From contig JBAYHR010000003.1 in the NCBI GenBank assembly GCA_041666045.1, forward strand, positions 2,208-66,207: 64,000 nt of DNA. Direction: 5' to 3'. Under the pieces are notes generated by a model. It ran no database searches, was not told where the DNA came from, and worked only from the letters and a program-made list of their open reading frames with translations. The translations under genes and the position numbers were made by a program. Position 1 is the stretch's first letter. Each line of letters opens with the position of its first letter. This document shows positions 40,526 to 51,177 of this stretch, one piece after another. The DNA is from Minisyncoccota bacterium. Its GTDB lineage: Bacteria > Patescibacteriota > Minisyncoccia > Phycocordibacterales > UBA9973.

Positions 40526-40834
40526 ATGTTAAAAATAAGATTACAGAGAATAGGTAGAAAAAATGATCCAGCGTTTCGTGCTGTTTTGACTGATTCAAAA
40601 AATAGTACAAAAAGCGGAAGATTTTTAGAAATAGTTGGTACTTATAATCCAAAAGCTGGGGAGACAAATTTTAAAACTGATAGAATAAAATATTGGGTTT
40701 CAAAAGGCGCTCAACTTTCTGATACTATGCACAATTTCTTAGTGCATCAAAAAGTTATAGAAGGGAAGAAGAAAAATGTATTGCCTAAGAAAAAGCCAAC
40801 TTTGAAAAGAAAGGAATTGAAAGCTAAGAAATAA
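40526..40834 (+). CDS. rpsP: 30S ribosomal protein bS16
   Basis: MLKIRLQRIGRK, G.FLEIVGTYNP, W.SKGAQ.SDT. Confidence 0.96.
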   Translation: MLKIRLQRIGRKNDPAFRAVLTDSKNSTKSGRFLEIVGTYNPKAGETNFKTDRIKYWVSKGAQLSDTMHNFLVHQKVIEGKKKNVLPKKKPTLKRKELKAKK

Positions 40835-40908
40835 AAAGATATAATATACTGTAAGCAGTTGCTTTGGTCGGAACACTGCAATGATTAAAAATATTTATTC
40901 TGAACATT

Positions 40909-41244
40909 ATGCAAGACGCTGATAAAGAATTTCTAGAATATGTAGTAAAAGCTCTTGTTGACAATCCGAACGATGTAAAACTCGATCGTACTGTTGATGA
41001 AATGGGAGTGCTAATCAGTCTTACTGTAAATCCTGCCGATATGGGTAAAATCATCGGAAGAATGGGAAATACTGCAAAGGCTATCAGAACACTTCTAAGA
41101 GTTATTGGAATGAAGAATAATGCTCGCGTTAATCTAAAGATTAACGAACCAGAAGGAAGCACAAGACCTGAAAGAACAGAAAGTTCTTCTATGAGTTCAA
41201 CAAAAACTGTTGACCAAGCTATGGAAGATTTAAAAGGAATATAG
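40909..41244 (+). CDS. khpA: KH-domain RNA-binding protein KhpA
   Basis: LVDNP.DV, DMGKIIGR.G.TAKAIRTL; synteny after rpsP. Confidence 0.92.
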   Translation: MQDADKEFLEYVVKALVDNPNDVKLDRTVDEMGVLISLTVNPADMGKIIGRMGNTAKAIRTLLRVIGMKNNARVNLKINEPEGSTRPERTESSSMSSTKTVDQAMEDLKGI

Positions 41245-41252
41245 TTTTTTAA

Positions 41253-41334
41253 AAAAAGAGCGAATACAAAAGTTTTCTGGCAAGCAAAAAGAATCCAGTG
41301 CTTGCAGGCAAAAATTTTTGTATTCGCTCTTTTT
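41253..41334. repeat. Long hairpin (about 82 nt) after khpA; terminator or mini-element
   Basis: AAAAAGAGCGAATACAAAA / TTTTGTATTCGCTCTTTTT arms with inner GCAAGCA/TGCTTGC. Confidence 0.75.
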
Positions 41335-41401
41335 GTTTGACAAATTGTACAATAAAAATTAAGATAAAAGAAAAAAGTATGAACATTAAAAATTAAAAAA
41401 T

Positions 41402-42148
41402 ATGATATTAGATCTAATTTTAAAGGGTAATTTTTATGAATTAAAAATTCATAGAAAATTCTTTCAAAATGAATCAATTCCACTTGAACTTTTTCAAGAA
41501 GAAAATCAACTGACAAAAAAATATTCTTATTTGGGAATTTTTCAAATAAAAGGTAATACTTTTGGTTTTGATGGTTGTTTTGTAAAACAAAAAGGTTCTA
41601 ATGATGAATATGTAATTTACAAATTTGATTTTCCAAAATCAGAAGATGATTATTATTTGGGAATGAGAAAAATGATGCTTACTATGTATTTATCTACTTA
41701 CTATGTTGTAGAACAAATGCATTATGCAAAAGAATTTTTCAATGACACAATTTGGGACGACCAAGCATTTTCTTTTGTCATTTTTGATGGTAATAGTGGT
41801 TTTACTGGTGGTTATGCTATTGGTGGTCAAATTTATTCTTGGATTAAAAGAAAGTTGCTTGCTCTTAATGAAGAAGACTTAATAAATTTAAATAAATATG
41901 TTGAGTTTGAGGTAAATAGAATAAGTAATTATTTTTTTAAAAAAGATGCTAAGTATAGTCAAATAACCATTACTCAAAACTCCATATTTATTCAGGTAAA
42001 TATGCAAGGTAGGTGGATTTCATGGACTAATTCAAGAGATATTTTTAAAAAAGAAGAATTTAGTTCTCACAACATTGACTTTCATAGTGATCAAGAATTA
42101 TGTTTTGTTGCTATTGTTGCTATAAATACGTGGCTAAGAGAACATTAA
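41402..42148 (+). CDS. Hypothetical protein (stand-alone ORFan cassette)
   Basis: 248-aa ORF with own TTGACA-N17-TAAGAT promoter and terminator at 42155-42181. Confidence 0.7.
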   Translation: MILDLILKGNFYELKIHRKFFQNESIPLELFQEENQLTKKYSYLGIFQIKGNTFGFDGCFVKQKGSNDEYVIYKFDFPKSEDDYYLGMRKMMLTMYLSTYYVVEQMHYAKEFFNDTIWDDQAFSFVIFDGNSGFTGGYAIGGQIYSWIKRKLLALNEEDLINLNKYVEFEVNRISNYFFKKDAKYSQITITQNSIFIQVNMQGRWISWTNSRDIFKKEEFSSHNIDFHSDQELCFVAIVAINTWLREH

Positions 42149-42252
42149 TAAACTAAAGGGCTTCAAATGAAGCCCTTTTTTGTTTGACAAAATATGTGAT
42201 AAGTAGTAATCTAATTATAAATAGAGTTCTAAACAATTAAATATATAAAAAT

Positions 42253-42924
42253 ATGAAAACATTTGAATGGGTTGCTGTCATTGATAGCACTTCTAAATTC
42301 GGGAAGTTAATGAAAAGATTTTTCAAAAATAAAAATCTAAATGAAAAGATAAGATTATTTAATAAAGCAAAATTATTAAATATGTTTTTTGCCACAAAAC
42401 GTATTGCTATTTATTCAATTTGGGATAATTTTTATAATCTTAGTGGTCATACTTGTTATCGTAATGATGCTTTTTATATGGCATTTCATTGTGGTTTGCA
42501 TACACTTAATAAATATAGTTCTGGATTAATAAAGAATGGGATGTTGGGATACTTTGAAAAAGTAACTCATGATGGATTGCCACTTTTTCAACTTCTTCAG
42601 GATGAAGGATTTGTTGAAGCTGATGATCTTAAATCTGTATTAGAATCAAAAAATGGAAGATATTATTTTTTATCTCCAAAAGCTGTTTTCAAAATTGCTG
42701 AAGCTTGTAAGATGTCTAAAAAAGAAGTAGAGTGGATTGCTTTCAAGATTTGTTTTTCTTTGGTGAATTATGATTCATCACATCCATCTAGTGAGTTTGA
42801 TCTTGATTGTTCACCATCAAGAAATCATGAATTTGTGATGGAAATTGCAAACAAATATCTTTCTGTAAAGATGAAAACATTTTTAGTAGATTATCTTGAT
42901 ATAAAGATTCCAACAGAAGCATAA
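42253..42924 (+). CDS. Hypothetical protein (stand-alone ORFan cassette)
   Basis: 223-aa ORF with own TTGACA-N17-TAATCT promoter and terminator at 42946-42972. Confidence 0.7.
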   Translation: MKTFEWVAVIDSTSKFGKLMKRFFKNKNLNEKIRLFNKAKLLNMFFATKRIAIYSIWDNFYNLSGHTCYRNDAFYMAFHCGLHTLNKYSSGLIKNGMLGYFEKVTHDGLPLFQLLQDEGFVEADDLKSVLESKNGRYYFLSPKAVFKIAEACKMSKKEVEWIAFKICFSLVNYDSSHPSSEFDLDCSPSRNHEFVMEIANKYLSVKMKTFLVDYLDIKIPTEA

Positions 42925-43002
42925 ATGTTCAATAAGAAATTTTACAAAAGTCCTCAAAATTGAGGACTTTTTATTTTTAAATTTTTAGTCTATAGTGTTT
43001 TT

Positions 43003-43743
43003 ATGCGTTTTCATATAATTACAATTTTTCCGGAGATTTTTGACTCATATTTAACTGAGTCTATTATTGGGCGGGCTATAAAAAATAAGCATATTTCTGT
43101 TAAGTTTTATAATCCTAGAGATTATGTAAAATCTCAGAATAAGGCGAATTATAAGCCTGTAGATGATAGACCATATGGTGGAGGACCTGGAATGATAATG
43201 CGAGCTGAGCCAATTCTTAAAGCAGTAGAAAAAGCAATTTTGGTAGCTAGTAAAGTTTCCTCGGGTCCTCAGTTTGGAGCCAGACCAGCTCGGAAACTTT
43301 CTAGCCACCAAAATAAAATTTTAATTATTAATTTTGTACCAAGTGCAGAAAAATTTACTACAACTTTTGCAAAAAAAGTTTCAAAAAAATATACAGATAT
43401 TATTTTAATTTGTGGAAGGTATGAAGGTATTGATGCACGAGTAGATAAAATCCTTCGACAAGCTCAGGACAAGTTTTTAAAATTTAAAAAAATTTCAATA
43501 GGGGATTATGTATTAACTGGAGGAGAACTTCCAACGATGATTTTAGTAGATTGTATTTCTCGCCAGATTCCTGGGGTTTTAGGTAAGTATGAATCTCTGG
43601 AAGAAGAAAGAGTTTCTTCTAGTGAATTTTATACTCGCCCAGAAAAATTAGTTTATAAAGGAAAAAAATATAATGTGCCAAAAGTTTTACTTTCAGGGAA
43701 TCATCAATTGATTGAACAATGGAAAAAGTCTAGTAAAAAATAA
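43003..43743 (+). CDS. trmD: tRNA (guanine37-N1)-methyltransferase with two in-frame palindromic insertions
   Basis: ITIFPE, VDDRPYGGGPGM, CGRYEGID.RV, SIGDYVLTGGE, YTRP, VP.VLLSGNH. Confidence 0.96.
   Translation: MRFHIITIFPEIFDSYLTESIIGRAIKNKHISVKFYNPRDYVKSQNKANYKPVDDRPYGGGPGMIMRAEPILKAVEKAILVASKVSSGPQFGARPARKLSSHQNKILIINFVPSAEKFTTTFAKKVSKKYTDIILICGRYEGIDARVDKILRQAQDKFLKFKKISIGDYVLTGGELPTMILVDCISRQIPGVLGKYESLEEERVSSSEFYTRPEKLVYKGKKYNVPKVLLSGNHQLIEQWKKSSKK
43237..43314. mobile_element. 78-bp hairpin element in frame in trmD
   Basis: ATTTTGGTAGCTAGTAAAGTTTCC / GGAAACTTTCTAGCCACCAAAAT arms. Confidence 0.8.
43451..43470 (+). mobile_element. REP-like 20-mer TCCTTCGACAAGCTCAGGAC in frame in trmD
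   Basis: Exact reverse complement of 26520-26539 in gyrB. Confidence 0.8.
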
Positions 43744-43774
43744 AAAATCTTGAGGTTTATCTCAAGATTTTTTT
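43742..43774. terminator. Bidirectional terminator
   Basis: AAAAAATCTTGAG...CTCAAGATTTTTT. Confidence 0.8.
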
Positions 43775-44093
43775 AAGTTGTTGCGAATTTGTATTCTTTT
43801 TCTTTATCATAATAAAATACGTCATGCATTTTATTACTAATAATTTTTCTTATTTTTCTTTTTAATTTAAAAGAAAAAAATTGAATTTTAATATAAATTT
43901 CAATATCTCTACCTTTAATTTCTGATTTTCCTGATATTGCTTTTTTGTTTATGATAAAATTAAATTTTCCTAATTTATTTTCTTCTAAATTTAAAATTAA
44001 ATTTTTATGTTCCAATGCTGTTTCTTTTAAAAGCAAACCAAGTCTTTCAGAAATTTGTTTTTCTGAAAGAAAATGTGTGTATAATATTTTCAT
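43773..44093 (-). CDS. Hypothetical basic protein
   Basis: 106-aa ORF with TGCTATACT extended -10 upstream. Confidence 0.55.
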   Translation of the reverse strand: MKILYTHFLSEKQISERLGLLLKETALEHKNLILNLEENKLGKFNFIINKKAISGKSEIKGRDIEIYIKIQFFSFKLKRKIRKIISNKMHDVFYYDKEKEYKFATT

Positions 44094-44346
44094 ATTGTAA
44101 TGTTTTTTATGTTAAGGAATTAGTTTCTTAAAAGTATAGCACATTACTTACTAGTAATTTAATTAATATCCCCAACACATATTTGACTTTTTTAATTTAA
44201 TGATTATACTTACTTTGATTGATAGATTGAGTTTTGACTGCATTCTTTATATATTATAAGGTTTTTAACTTAATCATAATTCTAAATAAATTTTAAAGAA
44301 GCTTAAAAAGCGTTTTCCTTTTTGTTTTTTTTAGAGAAAACTATCT

Positions 44347-47300
44347 ATGCAAACACAAACCAAGCGTCCAAAGAAGTATTTTTCAAGGTATAAGAAGCCA
44401 TTAATAGAATTTCCTAATTTGATAGAAGCGCAAGTAAAATCTTTTAAATGGTTAGTAGAAACTGGCATAGGGGAAGTGTTTAAAGAATTTTCCCCAATCT
44501 CTGATTATTCCGGTAAAAAATTTCAACTTGATTTTACATCTTTCTCTCTTGGTGAACCTAAGTTTGATGAAGGTAATGCAAAAATAAACAAGCTCTCCTA
44601 CGAAGGTCTTTTAAAAGCTCGTGTGAAATTAACAAATAAAATTTTAGGAACTGTTAAAGAACAGGAGATTTTTATATCTGAGATGCCTTTGATGACATCA
44701 CACGGAACTTTTATAATAAATGGTGTTGAGCGTGTTATTGTCCCTCAGCTTGCCAGATCTTTCGGTGTATTTTTTACAGAATCTGAAAGTAAAGGTAAGA
44801 GATATTTTGGCGCAAAAGTTATTCCTGCTCGTGGAGTTTGGATTGAAATAGAATCTGAATCTGATGGAGGAATTTATATAAGAATAGATAAAAAGAGAAA
44901 GTTTCCAGCAACTGCATTACTTCGTGCGATGGGTTTTCACTCTGATGAAATGATATTAAAAGCATTTGGAAAAAATGCTACTTACGAAGAAGCTATGAAA
45001 GCTTGTTTAGCCAAAGATCCAGCTAAGACTGTGAACGATGCGTATATTGAAATATATAAACGTTTAAGAGACGGAGATATGGCGACAGCTGATAATGCTA
45101 AAGAATTTTTCGATGCATTATTTACTTCAGAAAGATATGACCTTTCTCCAGTTGGAAGATTTCGTTTTAATAAAAGATTTGAAAAGCCAATGGATGAGGT
45201 GGAATTATTAAGAAGAACTATTTCAAAAGAAGATTTAATTACTGTATTTAGTAATATTATAGATTTAAATAATGATCCACAAGCTAAAGCAGACGATATA
45301 GATCACTTGGGTCAAAGACGTGTGCGTTTCGTTGGAGAAATGCTTCAACAAAAAATTCGTACAGGTATGATGCAAATTAAGAGAAATATTCAAGACAGAA
45401 TGTCTACTATTGATGTTGATACTGCAATGCCTATACAAATAATAAATCAGCGTCCACTACAAGCTCGTATTAAAGAATTTTTCACAACAAACCAACTTTC
45501 ACAATTTATGGCACAGGAAAATGTGCTTTATGAGATGGAACATTTGCGTACTTTGTCAGCGCTTGGACCCGGAGGTCTCACACGTGAAAGAGCAGGACTA
45601 GAAGTTCGTGACGTGCATCCTTCTCACTATGGAAGAGTTTGTCCTATACACACACCAGAAGGTCCAAACATTGGACTTATTTTACATATTTCTACTTATG
45701 CAAAAATAAATGATTTTGGAATTATTGAAACTCCTTATATAAAAGTAAAAAATGGAAAGATTACAGGAGAAGTTGTTTATTTAAACGCTCTTGAAGAAGA
45801 AAAATACAATATTGCGCATGCTGGAATTCCTTACGATGAAGATGGAAAAATAACAGAAGATAAAGTTGAAGCTAGAGTAAAAACTGTACCAGGTATGATT
45901 TCAAAAAATGAAGTTGATTTTATTGATGTTGCTACAAATCAAGCTTTTTCTATTGCAACATCTTTAATTCCATTTCTAGAACACAATGATGCAAACCGTG
46001 CACTCATGGGATCAAACATGCAGAAGCAAGCAGTTCCATGTGTATTGCCTGAAGCGCCACTCGTTGCAACAGGTGTTGAAGAATTAGCATCACGTGATTC
46101 AGGTAGATTGGTAATAGCTATAGAAGAAGGAGTAGTTTCTTATTTAGATGCTAAAAAAATAATAGTAAAAGGAAAATCTGAAAAAACATATCCACTTGTT
46201 AATTTTTTAAGAAACAATAATTTCTCCGCATTTCATCAGAGACCAGCAGTAAACATAGGGGATAAGGTTAAAAAAGGTGATGTGTTAGCAGACACTTCAA
46301 GTACAGTAAGCGGACAGATTTCAATCGGACAAAATATTTTTGTTGCGTTTTTATCATGGAGTGGATCAAACTATGAAGACGCTATAATAGTTTCTGAAAG
46401 ATTAGTTAAAAATAGCAAATTTACTTCTATTTACGTAGAAGAATTTATTTGTACAGTTCGTGATACAAAACTTGGACCTGAAATAACAACTCGTGATATT
46501 CCAAACATTGGTGAACTTAAACTTAAAGATCTAGATGAAGATGGAATAGTTCGTGTTGGAGCAGAAGTTCGCGAGAATGATATTTTGGTTGGTAAAATTA
46601 CTCCAAAAGGTGAGAGTGAATTAACTCCTGAAGAAAGATTGCTTCGTTCCATCTTTGCTGAAAAAGCTCGTGATGTAAAAGATACATCATTGCGCATGGA
46701 ACATGGAAAACGTGGACGTATTATTGGTGTGAAAATTTTCTCACGTGATTTAGGACATTCTCTTGAAGCAGGAATTATTAAAAAAATAGTAATAGAAGTT
46801 GCTCAAATAAGAAATATTTCTGTTGGAGACAAGCTTTCTGGACGACACGGAAACAAAGGTGTTATATCAACAATTCTTCCAGAAGAAGATATGCCATATA
46901 TGGCAGATGGTACACCAGTAGATATTATTCTTTCACCACTCGGTGTTCCTTCTCGTATGAACTTGGGACAGATTTTAGAAATACACCTTGGTATGGCTGC
47001 AAATAGTTTAGGATATCAAGCTATCGTTCCTCCATTTTTAGGAGCAAAACATGAAGAAATAAGTGAAGAATTAAAGAAAGCAGGTCTTCCAGAAAATGGC
47101 AAGATGAAACTTTTTGACGGACGAACAGGAGAGAGTTTTAATCAAGATGTAGCTGTTGGTTATATGTATATGTTGAAACTTCACCACATGGTTGAAGATA
47201 AAATACATATGCGTTCAATAGGTCCTTACTCTTTGATTACTCAACAGCCACTTGGAGGAAAGGCTCAAGGTGGAGGACAAAGATTCGGAGAAATGGAAGT

Positions 47301-47520
47301 GTGGGCGCTTGAAGGTTATGGCGCATCTTATACGCTTCGTGAAATGTTAACTATTAAGTCTGATGATATTATGGGTCGATCTGCAACTTTTGATTCTATT
47401 ATAAAAAATGAAGTTATTAAATCACCAAATTCTCCAGCTTCATTTAATGTGATGTTAAATTATTTAAGAGGACTTGCGCTTGATGTAAGTTTGAATAAAT
47501 CTTCTTCAGATAAAGAGTAA
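44347..47520 (+). CDS. rpoB: RNA polymerase beta subunit
   Basis: GTFIINGVERV, RDVHPSHYGR.CP..TPEG, GDKLSGRHGNKG, GGQRFGEME. Confidence 0.98.
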   Translation: MQTQTKRPKKYFSRYKKPLIEFPNLIEAQVKSFKWLVETGIGEVFKEFSPISDYSGKKFQLDFTSFSLGEPKFDEGNAKINKLSYEGLLKARVKLTNKILGTVKEQEIFISEMPLMTSHGTFIINGVERVIVPQLARSFGVFFTESESKGKRYFGAKVIPARGVWIEIESESDGGIYIRIDKKRKFPATALLRAMGFHSDEMILKAFGKNATYEEAMKACLAKDPAKTVNDAYIEIYKRLRDGDMATADNAKEFFDALFTSERYDLSPVGRFRFNKRFEKPMDEVELLRRTISKEDLITVFSNIIDLNNDPQAKADDIDHLGQRRVRFVGEMLQQKIRTGMMQIKRNIQDRMSTIDVDTAMPIQIINQRPLQARIKEFFTTNQLSQFMAQENVLYEMEHLRTLSALGPGGLTRERAGLEVRDVHPSHYGRVCPIHTPEGPNIGLILHISTYAKINDFGIIETPYIKVKNGKITGEVVYLNALEEEKYNIAHAGIPYDEDGKITEDKVEARVKTVPGMISKNEVDFIDVATNQAFSIATSLIPFLEHNDANRALMGSNMQKQAVPCVLPEAPLVATGVEELASRDSGRLVIAIEEGVVSYLDAKKIIVKGKSEKTYPLVNFLRNNNFSAFHQRPAVNIGDKVKKGDVLADTSSTVSGQISIGQNIFVAFLSWSGSNYEDAIIVSERLVKNSKFTSIYVEEFICTVRDTKLGPEITTRDIPNIGELKLKDLDEDGIVRVGAEVRENDILVGKITPKGESELTPEERLLRSIFAEKARDVKDTSLRMEHGKRGRIIGVKIFSRDLGHSLEAGIIKKIVIEVAQIRNISVGDKLSGRHGNKGVISTILPEEDMPYMADGTPVDIILSPLGVPSRMNLGQILEIHLGMAANSLGYQAIVPPFLGAKHEEISEELKKAGLPENGKMKLFDGRTGESFNQDVAVGYMYMLKLHHMVEDKIHMRSIGPYSLITQQPLGGKAQGGGQRFGEMEVWALEGYGASYTLREMLTIKSDDIMGRSATFDSIIKNEVIKSPNSPASFNVMLNYLRGLALDVSLNKSSSDKE

Positions 47521-47552
47521 AAATATTAAGAATAAAAAATAAATTAAAATAT

Positions 47553-50500
47553 ATGAAAACTTTAAATACAACTGAATTTGATAACATTACATTAAGACTT
47601 GCTTCACCTGAGCAAATTAAAGAATGGTCTTATGGGGAAGTTACTAAGCCTGAAACGATAAATTATCGTACAGGCAGATCTGAACGTGGCGGTCTCTTTG
47701 ACGAAAAGATATTCGGTCCAGAAAAAGATTACGAATGTTATTGTGGAAAATATCGCAGGATTCGTTATAAAGATATTATTTGTGAAAAATGCGGAGTTGA
47801 GGTTACTCGTTCTGCTGTAAGACGTGAGAGAATGGGGCATATTGAACTTTCTACACCAGTTTCTCATATTTGGTTTTTGCGTGGGGTGCCATCTAGAATG
47901 AGTATTCTTCTTAATATTTCTGTTTCTGATCTTGAAAAGGTAATTTATTTTGCTGGATATATAATTACTGAAGTTTTTGAAAAAGAAAAAGAAATAATTA
48001 TTCAAAATTTGGATAAAGAATATAAAGTTAAATTAAAAAATTCTGCAGATGATGACACTCGTGAAAAATTAAAAACATTACTTTCTATTACGAAAAAAGA
48101 GATTGGGGAAATTTATGAAGGAAAAGTTTTAAATGAAATTTCATTTCACCATTATTCCTTAAAATATGGTACATGCTTTGAAGCAAATATTGGCGCTGAA
48201 GCTATTTATTCTATTTTTAAGAATTTAGATTTAAATAAACTTAAAATTCTTACCGAGACGATGATTGAAAAATCTAGTGTTGCAGAAAAAGAAAAATTAC
48301 AAAAAAGACTTTCTCTTATTAGGGCTATGACATATGCCGGTATTCGTCCAGAATGGATGTTTCTTACTATTATTCCAGTTATTCCACCAGTTCTTCGTCC
48401 AATGGTTGCGCTTGATGGAGGACGTCATGCTACAAGCGATTTAAATGATCTTTACAGACGCGTGATAAACAGAAATAATCGTTTGAAGAAATTGAAAGAA
48501 ATAAATGCTCCAGATGTAATTTTAAGAAATGAAAAAAGAATCATTCAAGAAGCAGTAGATGCTTTAATTGATAACTCTATAGCAAAACAAAATGATTCTG
48601 CTGCTATGAGTCAATCTCAAAAGCGTCCATTGAAATCATTGTCTGACAATTTGAAATCGAAGCAAGGTCTTTTCCGTCAAAACTTGCTTGGTAAGCGTGT
48701 AGATTATTCTGGACGTTCCGTTATTGTTGTTGGTCCTCAGCTTAAATTAAATCAGTGTGGTTTGCCAAAACATATGGCTCTTGAGCTTTTCAAACCTTTC
48801 GTAATTTCAAAAATCTTACAAGCAGAATTAGCATTCAATATTCGTGGAGCTAATAAATTAATAGAAGAGAGAACACCAGAAGTTTGGGCAATGCTTGAAG
48901 AAGTGATACAAGGTAAATATGTTCTTTTAAACCGCGCTCCAACTTTGCACCGTTTGGGTATTCAAGCTTTCAATCCTATTCTTATTGAGGGTAATGCTGT
49001 TCAAGTGCATCCCCTTGTTTGTCAGGCTTTTAATGCGGACTTCGATGGAGACCAGATGGCTGTTTATCTTCCTCTTTCAGAAGAAGCGCAAAATGAAGCA
49101 AAAGAATTAATGGCTGCAAATAAGAACTTACTTAAACCTCAAAATGGAGATCCAATAGTTCATCCAAGTAAGGATATGGTTTTAGGTTCTTATTGGATGA
49201 CAAAATCTGTTGATGGAGAACCTGGAGAAGGAAAGTATTTTTCAAGTCCAAATGTGGCTATTACTGCATATAAATTTGGGGTTGTTTCTCTTAGAGCAAA
49301 AATTAAAGTAATGGCTACTGATACTATTAAGTATAAAAAATTTAATGGTGAAATTTTTGAAACATCTGTTGGAAAACTTTTATTCAATAGTATTTTGCCA
49401 AAAGATTTTGCTTATGTTACAGAGGAAATGACTCAAAAGAGATTGTCTTCGCTTGTTGATGAACTTATTATGTTTTATGGTGTTGATAAGACTCCACCAA
49501 TATTGGATAAAATTAAAGAATTTGGTTTTAAATATTCAACAGTTTCTGGTACGACTTGGGGATTAGACAATGTTAAAGTTCCAGTAGAAAAACCAAAAAT
49601 AATAGCTGACAGTAAAAAACTTGAAGATGAAGTTATTTCTCAATGGAGCGATGGTCTTTTGTCTTTAGATGAAAGATATCAAAAGATTATTGAAATCTGG
49701 ACTCAAGCTAAAAAGAATTTAGAAAAAGTTTTACCGAATACTCTTGATAAAAATGGTTCAACTTATGATTTGTTTACTTCTGGAGCTCGTGGAACTATGA
49801 CAAGTTTAGTTCAGATGACAGGTATGAAAGGACTTATCCAAAACAATCAAGGAAAGACATTGGAATTTCCTATTATTCCTTGTTATCACGAAGGACTTTC
49901 TCCAATTCAATATTTCGTTACTACTCACGGTGCTCGTAAGGGTGCTTCAGACACAGCTTTAAATACCGCTAAAGCTGGATATCTAACTCGTAGATTAGTT
50001 GATGTTGCGCAAGATGTTGTAATAACAGAAGAAGATTGTGGTACAAAAGAAGGTAAAATAGTAAAACGAGAAAATATTTCTGGAATTGAAATTCCACTTT
50101 CAAAAAATATTCGTGGACGTGTTTTAGCAACTGATCTTAAAGATAAAAATGGAAATGTGGCTTATAAAAAAGGATTTTTAATTACTAAAGAAGAAGCATA
50201 TAATATTGAAGGAGCAGGATTTACTGAAGTATTCGTTCGTTCTCCTTTAACTTGTCGCACTACTCATGGTATTTGTCAGATGTGTTACGGATTGGATTTG
50301 GGAAGAAATCATTTAGTTGATTTGGGAGAAGCTGTAGGCATAATCGCAGCGCAAGCTATCGGTGAACCAGGCACACAGCTTACACTTCGTACATTTCATG
50401 CTGGAGGAGTCGCAGGTACTGACATCACTACAGGTCTTCCACGTATTGAAGAAATTTTTGAAAGAAGAATTCCAAAGAATCCGGCAGTTGTTTCTCAAAC

Positions 50501-51164
50501 AGATGGAGAAGTTATTGAAATTAAAGATAAAGATGGAAAAGAAAAAATCATAAAAGTTCTTTCAGATTCAAAAGTTGATGGAAAACCAAATGAAATAGAA
50601 TATGTTGCGCCATTCAGAAGAATACCTTTAATTAAAGTTGGCAGTAAAATTAAGAAAGGAGAACTTCTAACAGACGGATCTGCTGATATTGCCGAAATAT
50701 TCAAATATGGAAATAAAGAATTGGTGGAAGAATATATAATTAGAGAAATAAATAAAGTTTACGAATTACAAAGCGCGTCTATTGCAAGAAAGCATACAGA
50801 GATAATTGTCCGTCAAATGTTCTCACGCAGGAAAATAAAAGATACTGGTGAAACTAATTTCTCTATCGGTGATATTGTTGAAAATTCTGCGCTTATTGAA
50901 GAAAATGAAAGAGTTGCTAAAAATGATGGAAAACAAGCTAAAGCTGAAATAATAGCGCTTGGTATTACGGAAGTATCTCTACGCACTAAGAGTTGGTTGT
51001 CTGCCGCTTCATTCCAAAATACAAATAGAGTTCTTATTGAAAATGCCATTAAAGGCGGAGTAGATTATCTAAGAGGATTAAAAGAAAATGTTATTATTGG
51101 ACGCTTAATTCCAGCAGGAACTGGATTTAAGAAGAATGCAGTTTCATCTGCAAAAGAAGAATAA
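47553..51164 (+). CDS. rpoC: RNA polymerase beta' subunit
   Basis: KPETINYRT, LLGKRVDYSGRS, NADFDGD, GEPGTQLT, GLKENVIIGRLIPAGTG. Confidence 0.98.
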   Translation: MKTLNTTEFDNITLRLASPEQIKEWSYGEVTKPETINYRTGRSERGGLFDEKIFGPEKDYECYCGKYRRIRYKDIICEKCGVEVTRSAVRRERMGHIELSTPVSHIWFLRGVPSRMSILLNISVSDLEKVIYFAGYIITEVFEKEKEIIIQNLDKEYKVKLKNSADDDTREKLKTLLSITKKEIGEIYEGKVLNEISFHHYSLKYGTCFEANIGAEAIYSIFKNLDLNKLKILTETMIEKSSVAEKEKLQKRLSLIRAMTYAGIRPEWMFLTIIPVIPPVLRPMVALDGGRHATSDLNDLYRRVINRNNRLKKLKEINAPDVILRNEKRIIQEAVDALIDNSIAKQNDSAAMSQSQKRPLKSLSDNLKSKQGLFRQNLLGKRVDYSGRSVIVVGPQLKLNQCGLPKHMALELFKPFVISKILQAELAFNIRGANKLIEERTPEVWAMLEEVIQGKYVLLNRAPTLHRLGIQAFNPILIEGNAVQVHPLVCQAFNADFDGDQMAVYLPLSEEAQNEAKELMAANKNLLKPQNGDPIVHPSKDMVLGSYWMTKSVDGEPGEGKYFSSPNVAITAYKFGVVSLRAKIKVMATDTIKYKKFNGEIFETSVGKLLFNSILPKDFAYVTEEMTQKRLSSLVDELIMFYGVDKTPPILDKIKEFGFKYSTVSGTTWGLDNVKVPVEKPKIIADSKKLEDEVISQWSDGLLSLDERYQKIIEIWTQAKKNLEKVLPNTLDKNGSTYDLFTSGARGTMTSLVQMTGMKGLIQNNQGKTLEFPIIPCYHEGLSPIQYFVTTHGARKGASDTALNTAKAGYLTRRLVDVAQDVVITEEDCGTKEGKIVKRENISGIEIPLSKNIRGRVLATDLKDKNGNVAYKKGFLITKEEAYNIEGAGFTEVFVRSPLTCRTTHGICQMCYGLDLGRNHLVDLGEAVGIIAAQAIGEPGTQLTLRTFHAGGVAGTDITTGLPRIEEIFERRIPKNPAVVSQTDGEVIEIKDKDGKEKIIKVLSDSKVDGKPNEIEYVAPFRRIPLIKVGSKIKKGELLTDGSADIAEIFKYGNKELVEEYIIREINKVYELQSASIARKHTEIIVRQMFSRRKIKDTGETNFSIGDIVENSALIEENERVAKNDGKQAKAEIIALGITEVSLRTKSWLSAASFQNTNRVLIENAIKGGVDYLRGLKENVIIGRLIPAGTGFKKNAVSSAKEE

Positions 51165-51177
51165 TTTTTAATTATTT

